Positions 1 to 12,672 of a stretch of 64,000 nt of DNA are shown piece after piece. A model generated the notes under the pieces. It was not told the origin of the DNA, searched no databases, and was given only the letters and a program-made list of their open reading frames with translations. The translations under genes were made by a program, and so were the position numbers. Location: assembly GCA_964016885.1 (NCBI GenBank), contig OZ024761.1, positions 4,464,001 to 4,528,000 of the forward strand, written 5' to 3'. Numbering within the stretch: position 1 is the first letter of the stretch; each line of letters begins with the position of its first letter. Source of the DNA: Eledone cirrhosa. Taxonomy: Eukaryota.

Positions 1-520
1 CAGTACACTCTGTAAAGTGGTAGTGTTGGTGTCATGATAAAATACACCTAGTACACTCTGTAAGGTGGTAGTGTTGGTGTCATAATAAAATACACCCAGT
101 ACACTCTGTAAGGTGGTAGTGTTGGTGTCATGATAAAATACACCCAGTACACTCTGTAAGGTGGTAGTGCTGGTGTCATGATAAAATACACCCAGTACAC
201 TCTGTAAGGTGGTAGTGTTGGTGTCATAATAAAATACACCCAGTACACTCTGTAAAGTGGTAGTGCTGGTATTGATAAAATACACCTAGTACACTCTGTA
301 AAGTGGTAGTACTGGTATTGATAAAATACACCTAGTACACTCTGTAAGGTGGTAGTGTTGGTGTCATGGTAACACACACCCAGTACACTCTGTAAAGTAG
401 TAGTGTTCGTGTCATGATAAAATACACCCAGTACACTCTGTAAGGTGGTAGTGTTGGTGTCATGATAAAATACATCCAGTACACTCTGTAAGGTGGTAGT
501 GCTGGTGTCATAATAAAATG
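1..520. repeat. 48-bp minisatellite (runs off the window start), derived from a SINE 3' region
   Basis: Unit cagtacactctgtaaggtggtagtgttggtgtcatgataaaatacacc in tandem. It runs into ctgtaaagtggttggtattagaagggacatccagctgtagaaac, which is homologous to 1110-1187. Confidence 0.9.
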
Positions 521-663
521 CTGTAAAGTGGTTGGTATTAGAAGGGACATCCAGCTGTAGAAACAACAATATAGAACATATTAGATGTGGTCATGTGACC
601 AGGCCTGTCAGCCTCAGAACATATCTAACAGATGAACATGTTACATGATTACATTATATATAT

Positions 664-837
664 ATCGGTAGAGGGTCGGACGCCATGCTTTGACGGATGG
701 AGTTATGGGCCTTGCCATTCTGATTTCAAATCCCGCCGAGGTTAACTTTGCCTTTCATCCTTACAGGGTCGATAAAATAAAGTACCAGTAATGTACTGGG
801 TATTTGCTGGCCTTGTGCCAATAGTAGAAACAATTAT
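664..837 (+). mobile_element. tRNA-derived SINE with Nin/Deu-like central domain
   Basis: B-box-like ttcaaatccc followed by gccgaggttaactttgcctttcatcc...gtcgataaaataaagtaccagt. More than 10 related copies occur in the window. Confidence 0.85.
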
Positions 838-920
838 TTATATATATATATATACTACACACACACATATATATACATATATGTATATATACACACATTT
901 ATATATATACATATATGTAT

Positions 921-1247
921 GGAGTCACATGGCTTAGTGGTTAGAGCATTGGGCTTGCAATCGAAAGGTTGTGAGTTCAGTTCTCAGACCGGGTGATGTG
1001 TTGTTTCCTAGAGCAAGACACTTTATTTCACATTACTCCAGTTTACTCAGCTGTAGAAATGAGATGATAGGGACTGGGGTCCATATCATTCCACTGCAAA
1101 GTGGTCGTGGAGGTGCCACGGCAAAAAAGCACCCAGCACTCACTGTAAATGAGGTTGGTGTTAGGAAGGGTATCCAGCTGTAGAAATCTAGCCAGAATCA
1201 GTTCCCGTCCCACCCTTGCAAGCAGGGAAAAGCGAACGTAAATGACG
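921..1247 (+). mobile_element. tRNA-derived SINE with RTE-LINE-like 3' tail
   Basis: A-box tggcttagtggttagagc and B-box-like gagttcagttc. The tail cccacccttgcaagcagggaaaag matches the RTE 3' end at 32790-32825 (minus). Confidence 0.75.
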
Positions 1248-1622
1248 AGGTCTCCAAAGCGATGGGGACGCAGAGAAACTGTTCGTACGGCTGTTAGCAA
1301 CACTGTTGTGATTGGTGCTTCCTTCACTCCCAAACAAGTATGCGCGCGCTTCGCTGGGATGCTGAATCTTGGCTTGGCAGCCGTTGAGAATGGAGCTCCC
1401 GTTGAACGCTACCGCAGCCAAGTGCGAATTTCGCGCAGTTATTATATAGAGGGCAATCCCAAAAGTAAGGTCTCCTTCTAAGGAAAACATGCGTAAAGAT
1501 TGGCGGATCACTCTGGATGCTCTCTGCATTTTGGTTCCTGAGGTTTCCCGAAGCACCATCCACAGGATTTTAACGGAAGAGTTGCAATATCGGAAGGAGA
1601 CCTTACTTTTGGGATTGCCCTC

Positions 1623-1625
<3 letters not shown>
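1248..1625 (+). mobile_element. Rearranged mariner remnant containing a ~175-bp TIR-bounded MITE-like unit
   Basis: 29-bp inverted repeats gagggcaatcccaaaagtaaggtctcctt at 1449-1477 and 1594-1622, with flanking TA. The interior translates RKDWRITLDALCILVPEVSRSTIHRILTEELQYRK (mariner HTH region). Upstream MELPLNATAAKCEFRAV resembles a mariner N-terminus. Confidence 0.8.
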
Positions 1626-1665
<40 letters not shown>

Positions 1666-1710
1666 ATATATTAACCATCTAACATGTCAGGGTATGTCAT
1701 GTATCATTTT

Positions 1711-1776
1711 ATTTTATTTGATGAGGACGTACTGTTGAACTTGATTCAAGTACCTCTGAAATATGTATAATAAAAT
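1711..1776 (+). ncRNA. Degenerate minimal type-I hammerhead ribozyme motif (PLE-type)
   Basis: Stem I ATTTTAT/ATAAAAT, core TTGATGA (C3 changed), stem II, then GAAA-TATGTA-TA. Paralogous to 25102-25161. Confidence 0.55.
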
Positions 1777-1898
1777 TTAATTGATCACAAGAACATCTAT
1801 TTTGTTAATATTTGAATTTAATATATATAGATAGATAGATATAGATATATAGATAGATATGTTTCTTTGGATAGATAGATAGATAGATATATAGATAG

Positions 1899-2248
1899 AT
1901 TTCTTTATTAGCCACAAGGGCGCAACAAGAAAAGGGGACAATACAAAGACATGCCGGGGATTTTACATACAGTCGTGTAAAAAATATAAAAACAAACAAT
2001 TTCAACAATCGAAATCCCCAATAGGGTGAGGCACCACAAATGGGTTGTTTAATACCCCGTAGATAGAACAACCCTCAACTCCAGGAGCGTGTTGTGCAAG
2101 TGCACCTTTCTTCCTTTTGCTCGCTTCCTCAACCTACAGGCTTATAAACAGAGAAGGCCCAATCACTCGGGCCATTTTCGCTTCATTCACCCACCTTTCA
2201 GTAAATTTACTGGGGTGCAGTGCCTCTCTCTCCACCCTGATTCTCCTA
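1899..2248 (-). mobile_element. 3' end of a Tx1/L1-like LINE within (GATA)n
   Basis: The reverse complement is similar to 22230-22595 (ORF2 end and 3'UTR ending tggctaataaagaaa). (GATA)n lies on both sides. Confidence 0.7.
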
Positions 2249-2361
2249 AATAGATAGATAGATAGATAACTATAGATATGTATATAGATAGATAACTATA
2301 GATATATAGATAGATAGATAATCAAAGGTATGTATATAGATAGATGTCTATAGATATATAT

Positions 2362-2620
2362 TCTTATACTTTGGGAGGGTCATGCTGCCAATAAAAACAC
2401 ACACACCTGTTGAGTTTCACTTCAATTTATTATACATTTCCGGTTGGTTGGTTCGATACCCGGAAGGTTGTTTTTATTTTGTCAAAGCTCTTTCGTCACA
2501 CATTCAGTGACTAGGTTTTTACTGTCTCTCCTTTGTTCTTTCCTACACCAACTTGTTTTTATTGTGTCTCCCCTTTGTTCTGTCCTACACCAACTTGTTT
2601 TTGTGTGTTGTGTGTTGTAT
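2362..2620 (-). mobile_element. PLE family A 3'UTR/pseudo-LTR fragment
   Basis: Reverse complement of parts of 28030-28290. It retains gtgacGAAAgagcTTtgac, but the HHR 5' core is deleted. Confidence 0.75.
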
Positions 2621-2863
2621 AGATATATAGATATACATAAATATAGATATTTAGATAAATGGTTTGATATAGCTCGATGGATAGCCATAGATGTATAGAT
2701 ACTACACAAATCGAACAAGACTATGGAGAGAGTAGGAAAGACAATGTTTTAATGACAGAGGCTCCAGTCCTATCATATCACAGCTCACACCTATGTAGGT
2801 TTAGCTGGCCTCATACAAGGTTGTATCTGACAGGAAATTTCTCGGGTGTTTTAATGATAGGGG

Positions 2864-5800
2864 CAGAGGCGTAACTAGGGCATGACAAGCTCCATGGGTG
2901 CCATATGAAGAGGGCATCACTTGGACTAGGAGCACGTGCCATGGGCACCACTTGGACTAGGAGCAAGTTCTATTAAAGTCAAATAAACCTCGCCAGAGAG
3001 TGAGAAAAGAAACTCCATCAGATGTATGATCTGGCTCTATCATGGGTGAGAACACTATGGTGGCTGGATCATTAAACCATTTATATAAATTGTTAGACCT
3101 CCATAGGTAGAAATACAGTGCTGGGCAGGGGTGCAATATTACTGCTTGCCATAGGGGCTATTTTCCCTAGTTATGACTGGGTAGGGACACAATATCACTG
3201 CTTGCCATAGGGGCTCTTTTCCCTAGTTATGATTGGGTAGGGACACAATATCACTGCTTGCCATAGGGGCTATTTTCCCTAGTTATGACTGGGTAGGGAC
3301 ACAATATCACTGCTTGCCATAGGGGCTATTTTCCCTAGTTATGACTGGGTAGGGACACAATATCACTGCTTGCCATAGGGGCTATTTTCCCTAGTTATGA
3401 CTGGGTAGGGACACAATATCACTGCTTGCCATAGGGGCTATTTTCCCTGGTTATGACTCTGGGCAGGGACACAATATCACTGCTTGCCATAGGGGCTATT
3501 TTCCCTGGTTATGACTCTGGGCAGGGACACAATATCACTGCTTGCCATAGGGGCTATTTTCCCTAGTTATGACTCTGGGCAGGGACACAATATCACTGCT
3601 TGCCATAGGGGCTATTTTCCCTAGTTATGACTGGGTAGGGACACAATATCACTGCTTGCCATAGGGGCTATTTTCCCTGGTTATGACTCTGGGCAGGGAC
3701 ACAATATCACTGCTTGCCATAGGGGCTATTTTCCCTAGTTATGACTCTGGGTAGGGACACAATATCACTGCTTGCCATAGGGGCTATTTTCCCTGGTTAT
3801 GACTCTGGGCAGGGACACAATATCACTGCTTGCCATAGGGGCTATTTTCCCTAGTTATGACTCTGGGCAGGGACACAATATCACTGCTTGCCATAGGGGC
3901 TATTTTCCCTAGTTATGACTGGGTAGGGACACAATATCACTGCTTGCCATAGGGGCTATTTTCCCTAGTTATGACTGGGTAGGGACACAATATCACTGCT
4001 TGCCATAGGGGCTATTTTCCCTAGTTATGACTGGGTAGGGACACAATATCACTGCTTGCCATAGGGGCTATTTTCCCTAGTTATGACTGGGTAGGGACAC
4101 AATATCACTGCTTGCCATAGGGGCTATTTTCCCTAGTTATGACTGGGTAGGGACACAATATCACTGCTTGCCATAGGGGCTATTTTCCCTAGTTATGACT
4201 GGGTAGGGACACAATATCACTGCTTGCCATAGGGGCTATTTTCCCTAGTTATGACTGGGTAGGGACACAATATCACTGCTTGCCATAGGGGCTATTTTCC
4301 CTAGTTATGACTCTGGGCAGGGACACAATATCACTGCTTGCCATAGGGGCTATTTTCCCTAGTTATGACTGGGTAGGGACACAATATCACTGCTTGCCAT
4401 AGGGGCTATTTTCCCTAGTTATGACTCTGGGTAGGGACACAATATCACTGCTTGCCATAGGGGCTATTTTCCCTAGTTATGACTCTGGGTAGGGACACAA
4501 TATCACTGCTTGCCATAGGGGGCTATTTTCCCTGGTTATGACTGGGTAGGGACACAATATCACTGCTTGCCATAGGGGCTATTTTCCCTAGTTATGACTG
4601 GGTAGGGACACAATATCACTGCTTGCCATAGGGGGCTCTTTTCCCTAGTTATGACTGGGTAGGGACACAATATCACTGCTTGCCATAGGGGGCTCTTTTC
4701 CCTAGTTATGACTGGGTAGGGACACAATATCACTGCTTGCCATAGGGGCTATTTTCCCTGGTTATGACTCTGGGTAGGGACACAATATCACTGCTTGCCA
4801 TAGGGGCTATTTTCCCTAGTTATGACTGGGTAGGGACACAATATCACTGCTTGCCATAGGGGCTATTTTCCCTAGTTATGACTGGGTAGGGACACAATAT
4901 CACTGCTTGCCATAGGGGGCTCTTTTCCCTAGTTATGACTGGGTAGGGACACAATATCACTGCTTGCCATAGGGGCTATTTTCCCTGGTTATGACTCTGG
5001 GCAGGGACACAATATCACTGCTTGCCATAGGGGGCTCTTTTCCCTAGTTATGACTGGGTAGGGACACAATATCACTGCTTGCCATAGGGGCTATTTTCCC
5101 TAGTTATGACTGGGTAGGGACACAATATCACTGCTTGCCATAGGGGGCTATTTTCCCTAGTTATGACTGGGTAGGGACACAATATCACTGCTTGCCATAG
5201 GGGCTATTTTCCCTAGTTATGACTGGGTAGGGACACAATATCACTGCTTGCCATAGGGGGCTATTTTCCCTAGTTATGACTGGGTAGGGACACAATATCA
5301 CTGCTTGCCATAGGGGGCTATTTTCCCTGGTTATGACTGGGTAGGGACACAATATCACTGCTTGCCATAGGGGGCTATTTTCCCTGGTTATGACTGGGTA
5401 GGGACACAATATCACTGCTTGCCATAGGGGGCTATTTTCCCTAGTTATGACTGGGTAGGGACACAATATCACTGCTTGCCATAGGGGGCTATTTTCCCTG
5501 GTTATGACTGGGTAGGGACACAATATCACTGCTTGCCATAGGGGGCTATTTTCCCTGGTTATGACTGGGTAGGGACACAATATCACTGCTTGCCATAGGG
5601 GGCTATTTTCCCTAGTTATGACTGGGTAGGGACACAATATCACTGCTTGCCATAGGGGGCTATTTTCCCTAGTTATGACTGGGTAGGGACACAATATCAC
5701 TGCTTGCCATAGGGGGCTATTTTCCCTGGTTATGACTGGGTAGGGACACAATATCACTGCTTGCCATAGGGGGCTATTTTCCCTGGTTATGACTGGGTAG

Positions 5801-7172
5801 GGACACAATATTACTGCTTGCCATAGGGGCTCTTTTCCCTAGTTATGACTGGGTAGGGACACAATATCACTGCTTGCCATAGGGGCTATTTTCCCTGGTT
5901 ATGACTGGGTAGGGACACAATATCACTGCTTGCCATAGGGGCTATTTTCCCTGGTTATGACTCTGGGTAGGGACACAATATCACTGCTTGCCATAGGGGC
6001 TCTTTTCCCTAGTTATGACTGGGTAGGGACACAATATCACTGCTTGCCATAGGGGCTATTTTCCCTGGTTATGACTCTGGGTAGGGACACAATATCACTG
6101 CTTGCCATAGGGGGCTATTTTCCCTAGTTATGACTGGGTAGGGACACAATATCACTGCTTGCCATAGGGGCTATTTTCCCTAGTTATGACTCTGGGTAGG
6201 GACACAATATCACTGCTTGCCATAGGGGCTATTTTCCCTGGTTATGACTCTGGGCAGGGACACAATATCACTGCTTGCCATAGGGGCTATTTTCCCTGGT
6301 TATGACTCTGGGTAGGGACACAATATCACTGCTTGCCATAGGGGCTATTTTCCCTGGTTATGACTGGGTAGGGACACAATATCACTGCTTGCCATAGGGG
6401 GCTATTTTCCCTAGTTATGACTGGGTAGGGACACAATATCACTGCTTGCCATAGGGGCTATTTTCCCTGGTTATGACTCTGGGTAGGGACACAATATCAC
6501 TGCTTGCCATAGGGGGCTATTTTCCCTAGTTATGACTGGGTAGGGACACAATATCACTGCTTGCCATAGGGGCTATTTTCCCTGGTTATGACTCTGGGTA
6601 GGGACACAATATCACTGCTTGACATAGGGGGCTATTTTCCCTAGTTATGACTGGGTAGGGACACAATATCACTGCTTGCCATAGGGGCTATTTTCCCTGG
6701 TTATGACTCTGGGTAGGGACACAATATCACTGCTTGCCATAGGGGGCTATTTTCCCTAGTTATGACTGGGTAGGGACACAATATCACTGCTTGCCATAGG
6801 GGGCTATTTTCCCTAGTTATGACTGGGTAGGGACACAATATTACTGCTTGCCATAGGGGGCTATTTTCCCTAGTTATGACTGGGTAGGGACACAATATCA
6901 CTGCTTGCCATAGGGGGCTATTTTCCCTAGTTATGACTGGGTAGGGACACAATATTACTGCTTGCCATAGGGGCTATTTTCCCTGGTTATGACTCTGGGT
7001 AGGGACACAATATCACTGCTTGCCATAGGGGGCTATTTTCCCTAGTTATGACTGGGTAGGGACACAATATCACTGCTTGCCATAGGGGGCTATTTTCCCT
7101 AGTTATGACTCTGGGTAGGGACACAATATCACTGCTTGCCATAGGGGGCTATTTTCCCTAGTTATGACTCTG
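2864..7172. mobile_element. hAT-like MITE whose right end has been amplified into a satellite
   Basis: TIRs cagaggcgtaactaggg (2864-2880) and ccctagttatgactctg (7156-7172). 8-bp TSD gatagggg/ggtagggg with one mismatch. Confidence 0.7.
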
Positions 7173-7180
7173 GGTAGGGG
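3121..7180. repeat. 56-58-bp minisatellite, about 70 units
   Basis: Unit gggtagggacacaatatcactgcttgccataggggctattttccctagttatgact, with +G and +CT variants. Confidence 0.97.
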
Positions 7181-7421
7181 CTCCTGTTCTATTATGAAAA
7201 AACAAAAGTGAAATGAAGCCATCTTGCTCAACATGCCATCCGGTCGAGGAATGGAACCCATTACGTTATGGCGACAACCATGAAATAGGTTAGCTTTGTC
7301 TAGACATAAGAGCCAGTATGATAAACTGATAGTGTTGTCTTCTATAACCAGGACGGTGATCAATATTCTAGTTGTGGCTATCCTCCGCACTTAAAGTAGA
7401 TTTAATCCGTCACCCAGTTTA

Positions 7422-8015
7422 ACACCACCACCACCATCATCACAACCACCACTATCATCATCATCACAGCTACCACCACCATCATCATGACCACAACCAC
7501 TACCATCATCATGACCACAACCACTACCATCATCATGACCACAACCACTACCATCATCATGACTACAACCACCACCACCACCACCACCACTACCATCACT
7601 ACCGTCATCATCACAACCACCGCCACCACAACCCCCATCATCACCATAACCACACTACCAACATCATCACAACCACCGCCATCACCACCACCACAACCGC
7701 CATCATCACAACCACCGCCATCACCATCACAACCACCACCACCACAACCACCATCATCACAAACACCGCCATCACAAACACCGCCATCACCACTACAACC
7801 ACCGCCATCACCACCACAACCACCATCATCACAACCACCGCCATCACCACTACAACCACCGCCATCACCACTACAACCACCGCCATCACCACCACAACCA
7901 CCGCCATCACAACCACAATCATCACAACCACCGCCATCACCATCACAACCACCGCCATCACCATCACAACCACCGCCATCACTATCACAACCACCGCCAT
8001 CACCATCACAACCAT
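7422..8015. repeat. (CAC/CAT/CAA)n trinucleotide low-complexity tract
   Basis: Direct inspection. Confidence 0.95.
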
Positions 8016-8430
8016 CTATTCCTCGGTAGCCATTAACAGAATGTTCCACCGTATAGCAAGTATTTAGGGTCTGCGGGTCTCTGTTTTCAATATAAACCCT
8101 TCCTCTTTCCCTTTCACCAAACTGGAAGCTACTAAAAAAGACCAACAACATTTCCTTCCATATCCACGACTCCATCATCCAAAATATTTTCCCCTCCTTT
8201 TAAGGACAAGATTATGTGTAACGCTTCACATTTGTACCAGCAACGCTTGGTCAAATCTGACCACTGCCTCACTCATTTCTACTTTATTGACTGCCATTTT
8301 TAGCAGTTGAAGCGATCACGTAGCGGTCTCTAATATGTTTACATTGGTAGCAATTGTGATGTAAGCTGAAGTTTAACCAACAACACAACAACAGTTGTGC
8401 TGTTGATTGCTGTCTAGCCGTATTACAAAC

Positions 8431-8624
8431 AAGGGCGGTGAATTGGCAGTATCGGTAGAGGGTCGGACGCCATGCTTTCCAGCATAGAGTTACGGCCCTT
8501 GCCATTCTGAGTTCAAATCCCACCGAGGTTAACTTAGCCTTTCATCCTTACGGGGTCGATAAAATAAGGTACCAGTAATGTACTGGGATAAGTGCTGGCC
8601 TTGTGCCAATAGTAAAAACAATTA
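8431..8624 (+). mobile_element. Nin/Deu-domain SINE, near full length
   Basis: Head ggcggtgaattggcagtatcggtagag, B box gagttcaaatccc, Nin/Deu core. Possible TSD attacaaaca/attataaaca. Confidence 0.85.
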
Positions 8625-9021
8625 TAAACATTGTGTCATCTTTAAGTAGCTACACAACAGGCACCATTACCACACACATTCAGGTTTACAAGAGCACTCA
8701 CACAATACACACACACACACACACACACACATATCTAATATAGAAATTGCTTCTACAGGACTAGAACTGTTTCATTCGGTGGAAAGAAGACGTTAAATGA
8801 TGATATATACAGATACACACACATACAAACATATTTATATATGTACATACATATATTATATATTTATAGATATATACACACACACATACATATACATTTA
8901 TAATATACATACATATACGTTTATATACATATACACATACAAACATATCCATTTATATCATACACACATGCATACATATCCATTTATATCATACAAACAT
9001 AACATATATATATATATATAT

Positions 9022-9474
9022 ATATGAAAAATTCGGGAACTCGACGGCTGAGCTCCTGCCGTTTCAACAGCTAGACTCAGTTCTGATCTAGCTTTTGAAA
9101 CGGCAGGAGCTCAACCGTCGGGGTCCCGAATTTTTCATATTACCCACTCTACTACCCAGTAGCGTGCAGAGGGACGGGGGCACGGTGCGTTGGCCCGGGC
9201 ATCATTTGGGGGAAAGAACTTAATAAATTTGATTGATTTATATTAAAATCGAATAAAGAGTCTATTTCATGTTTCATCTGTGTTTATATATACAAAATGT
9301 TTTCCTTTCTCATAATATTTCTCAGTATATTAGGCCTTATACTTGAATCTTAGAGGCATACAATCAGATTTGCCCTGGGTATCACCAGAGCTCTGTACGC
9401 CGCTGCTACTACCCCAAGTATCGAGTACTCTGGTGAGTAATGGTCTAACAGGTTTGTATCGCTTCCATTCTGAA
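9022..9474 (+). mobile_element. Fold-back element family B (hairpin plus one-sided tail) in (TA)n
   Basis: Inverted repeat 9022-9140. The tail tacccactctactacc...gagtactctggtg is shared with five other copies. Confidence 0.8.
9157..9405. mobile_element. hAT-like MITE nested in the family B tail
   Basis: TIRs cagtagcgtgcagag / ctctgtacgccgctg. Perfect 8-bp TSD ctactacc at 9149-9156 and 9406-9413. Confidence 0.85.
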
Positions 9475-9494
9475 TATATATATATATATATATA

Positions 9495-9611
9495 TTCGTT
9501 TTTGAATTTGTTTTGCGAGATTTCTTATCCGAGAACGTGTGTTGAAAGAGATATTGTTATACTTTGGGAGGGCCGTGTTGCCTCACATGACCCTCCCAAA
9601 GTATAACAAAA
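9495..9611 (-). mobile_element. Minimal PLE family A fold-back (tail plus short hairpin)
   Basis: Hairpin ttgttatactttgggaggg...ccctcccaaagtataacaa, preceded by the ~60-bp tail also seen at 26145 and 23718. Confidence 0.75.
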
Positions 9612-9732
9612 CACACACACACACACATATCTCTTTGAAATATGTGCTTTGTATACATACAATATATTGTGTATTCTTTATATATAGTTCTTTCTCTTTC
9701 TCTGTATATAAATTATATCTTTTACATTTGAA

Positions 9733-10026
<294 letters not shown>

Positions 10027-10090
10027 GCCGTTAACATGCATAAGGAAAGTATATACTTTCAGACGTTCAACCATCTGGCAGGAAGGTATA

Positions 10091-10131
10091 CGTTGCTGAC
10101 AATAGCTAATAAGCTTGAAACTAGTACAGCG
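10091..10131 (+). ncRNA. Degenerate minimal hammerhead motif
   Basis: CGTTG-CTGACAA-T-AGCT(aata)AGCT-T-GAAAC-TA-GTA-CAGCG. Palindromic stem III ACTAGT. Core G8 reads A (CpG-type decay). Confidence 0.6.
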
Positions 10132-10794
10132 TTCCTTTGTCAGTGTTGAACAAATGAGCAACGATGGTTGCTAGACACTGTACGGCTTAATACGGGTTGT
10201 TTGTTTACAAACACACCGAGCATTATAATAAATGTTCGGTGAATCCATACGTACATATATATATATGTGTGCATGTATGTATATATATATACATACTACT
10301 GTACGTCTGTATACATATATGTATGTACGTGTACATACTTATATTTAAGTAATAGCCGCACTAAGAGTGAGAAATGAAATTTCGTTTCATTTTTTCCGTT
10401 TATATATATATATATATATGTATACGATATTAACAAATGGAAACTATATTTATAAAACCATATTTATTTCATTATACATATTTCAAGCAGTAGCTGGATG
10501 GTCTTCCATCCTTCTTGTGTTCCCAGCTGGAATGGGATGAACTCCACAACGTTTAAAATGGCCAAGTCACCACGTATCACGACAACGTCCATACAACTCC
10601 TTCAGGATTTAAGGGCGCTTTATTTTCACATACATACATACATACATACATACGTGCGTACGTACGTATGTGTGTATGTGTGTGTGTGTATGTGTGTGTG
10701 TGTGTATGTATGTGCGTGTATGTATGTGAGTGTGTATGTATGTGTATCGGGTATATATAGAAGCATAATTATATATACATATATATAAAAAGAT

Positions 10795-12672
10795 GAGGAA
10801 GGACGCAATGTGGTTCTCAATCTCAGATTGGACCTCCTACACCCCACGAAAAGGTGAGGAAGGACGCAGTGTGGTCCTCAATCTCAGACTGGGCCTCCTC
10901 CACCCCACAGAGGACGCAGTGTGGTCCTCAATCTCAGACTGGACCTCCTCCACCACACAGAGGACGCAGTGTGGTCCTCAATCTCAGACTGGGCCTCCTC
11001 CACCCCACAGAGGACGCAGTGTGGTCCTCAATCTCAGACTGGGCCTCCTCCACCCCACAGAGGACGCAGTGTGGTCCTCAATCTCAGACTGGACCTCCTC
11101 CACCCCACAGAGGACGCAGTGTGGTCCTCAATCTCAGACTGGACCTCCTCCACCACACAGAGGACGCAGTGTGGTCCTCAATCTCAGACTGGGCCTCCTC
11201 CACCCCACAGAGGACGCAGTGTGGTCCTCAATCTCAGACTGGGCCTCCTCCACCCCACAGAGGACGCAGTGTGGTCCTCAATCTCAGACTGGACCTCCTC
11301 CACCTCACAGAGGACGCAGTGTGGTCCTCAATCTCAGACTGGGCCTCCTCCACCCCACAGAGGACGCAGTGTGGTCCTCAATCTCAGACTGGACCTCCTC
11401 CACCTCACAGAGGACGCAGTGTGGTCCTCAATCTCAGACTGGGCCTCCTCCACCCCACAGAGGACGCAGTGTGGTCCTCAATCTCAGACTGGACCTCCTC
11501 CACCCCACAGAGGACGCAGTGTGGTCCTCAATCTCAGACTGGACCTCCTCCACCACACAGAGGACGCAGTGTGGTCCTCAATCTCAGACTGGGCCTCCTC
11601 CACCCCACAGAGGACGCAGTGTGGTCCTCAATCTCAGACTGGGCCTCCTCCACCCCACAGAGGACGCAGTGTGGTCCTCAATCTCAGACTGGACCTCCTC
11701 CACCTCACAGAGGACGCAGTGTGGTCCTCAATCTCAGACTGGGCCTCCTCCACCCCACAGAGGACGCAGTGTGGTCCTCAATCTCAGACTGGACCTCCTC
11801 CACCTCACAGAGGACGCAGTGTGGTCCTCAATCTCAGACTGGACCTCCTCCACCACAGAGGACGCAGTGTGGTCCTCAATCTCAGACTGGACCTCCTCCA
11901 CCACACAGAGAACGCAGTGTGGTCCTCAATCTCAGACTGGACCTCCTCCACCCCACAGAGGACGCAGTGTGGTCCTCAATCTCAGACTGGACCTCCTCCA
12001 CCCCACAGAGGACGCAGTGTGGTCCTCAATCTCAGACTGGACCTCCTCCACCACACAGAGGACGCAGTGTGGTCCTCAATCTCAGACTGGGCCTCCTCCA
12101 CCCCACAGAGGACGCAGTGTGGTCCTCAATCTCAGACTGGACCTCCTCCACCACAGAGGACGCAGTGTGGTCCTCAATCTCAGACTGGACCTCCTCCACC
12201 ACACAGAGAACGCAGTGTGGTCCTCAATCTCAGACTGGACCTCCTCCACCCCACAGTGTGGTCCTCAATCTCAGACTGGGCCTCCTCCACCCCACAGAGG
12301 ACGCAGTGTGGTCCTCAATCTCAGACTGGCCCTCCTCCACCACACAGAGGACGCAGTGTGGTCCTCAATCTCAGACTGGCCCTCCTCCACCCCACAGAGG
12401 ATGCAGTGTGGTCCTCAATCTCAGACTGGGCCTCCTCCACCCCACAGTGTGGTCCTCAATCTCAGACTGGCCCTCCTCCACCACACAGAGGACGCAGTGT
12501 GGTCCTCAATCTCAGACTGGCCCTCCTCCACCCCACAGAGGACGCAGTGTGGTCCTCAATCTCAAACTGGGCCTCCTCCACCCCACAGTGTGGTCCTCAA
12601 TCTCAGACTGGGCCTCCTCCACCCCACAGTGTGGTCCTCAATCTCAGACTGGCCCTCCTCCACCACACAGAA
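10795..12672. repeat. 50-bp minisatellite, about 38 units
   Basis: Unit aggacgcagtgtggtcctcaatctcagactgggcctcctccaccccacag. Shorter deletion variants occur at the right end. Confidence 0.97.

Noticed and set aside
3121-7180. CRISPR-like appearance of the tandem arrays
   Set aside because: No unique spacers, no cas genes, and a eukaryotic context.
7402-8178. Gly/Cys/Asp-rich or Pro-rich (extensin-like) ORFs; also 33592-34452
   Set aside because: Trinucleotide microsatellite translations.
8431-8530. SINE heads as tRNA genes
   Set aside because: A/B boxes are present, but there is no cloverleaf and they run into the SINE body.
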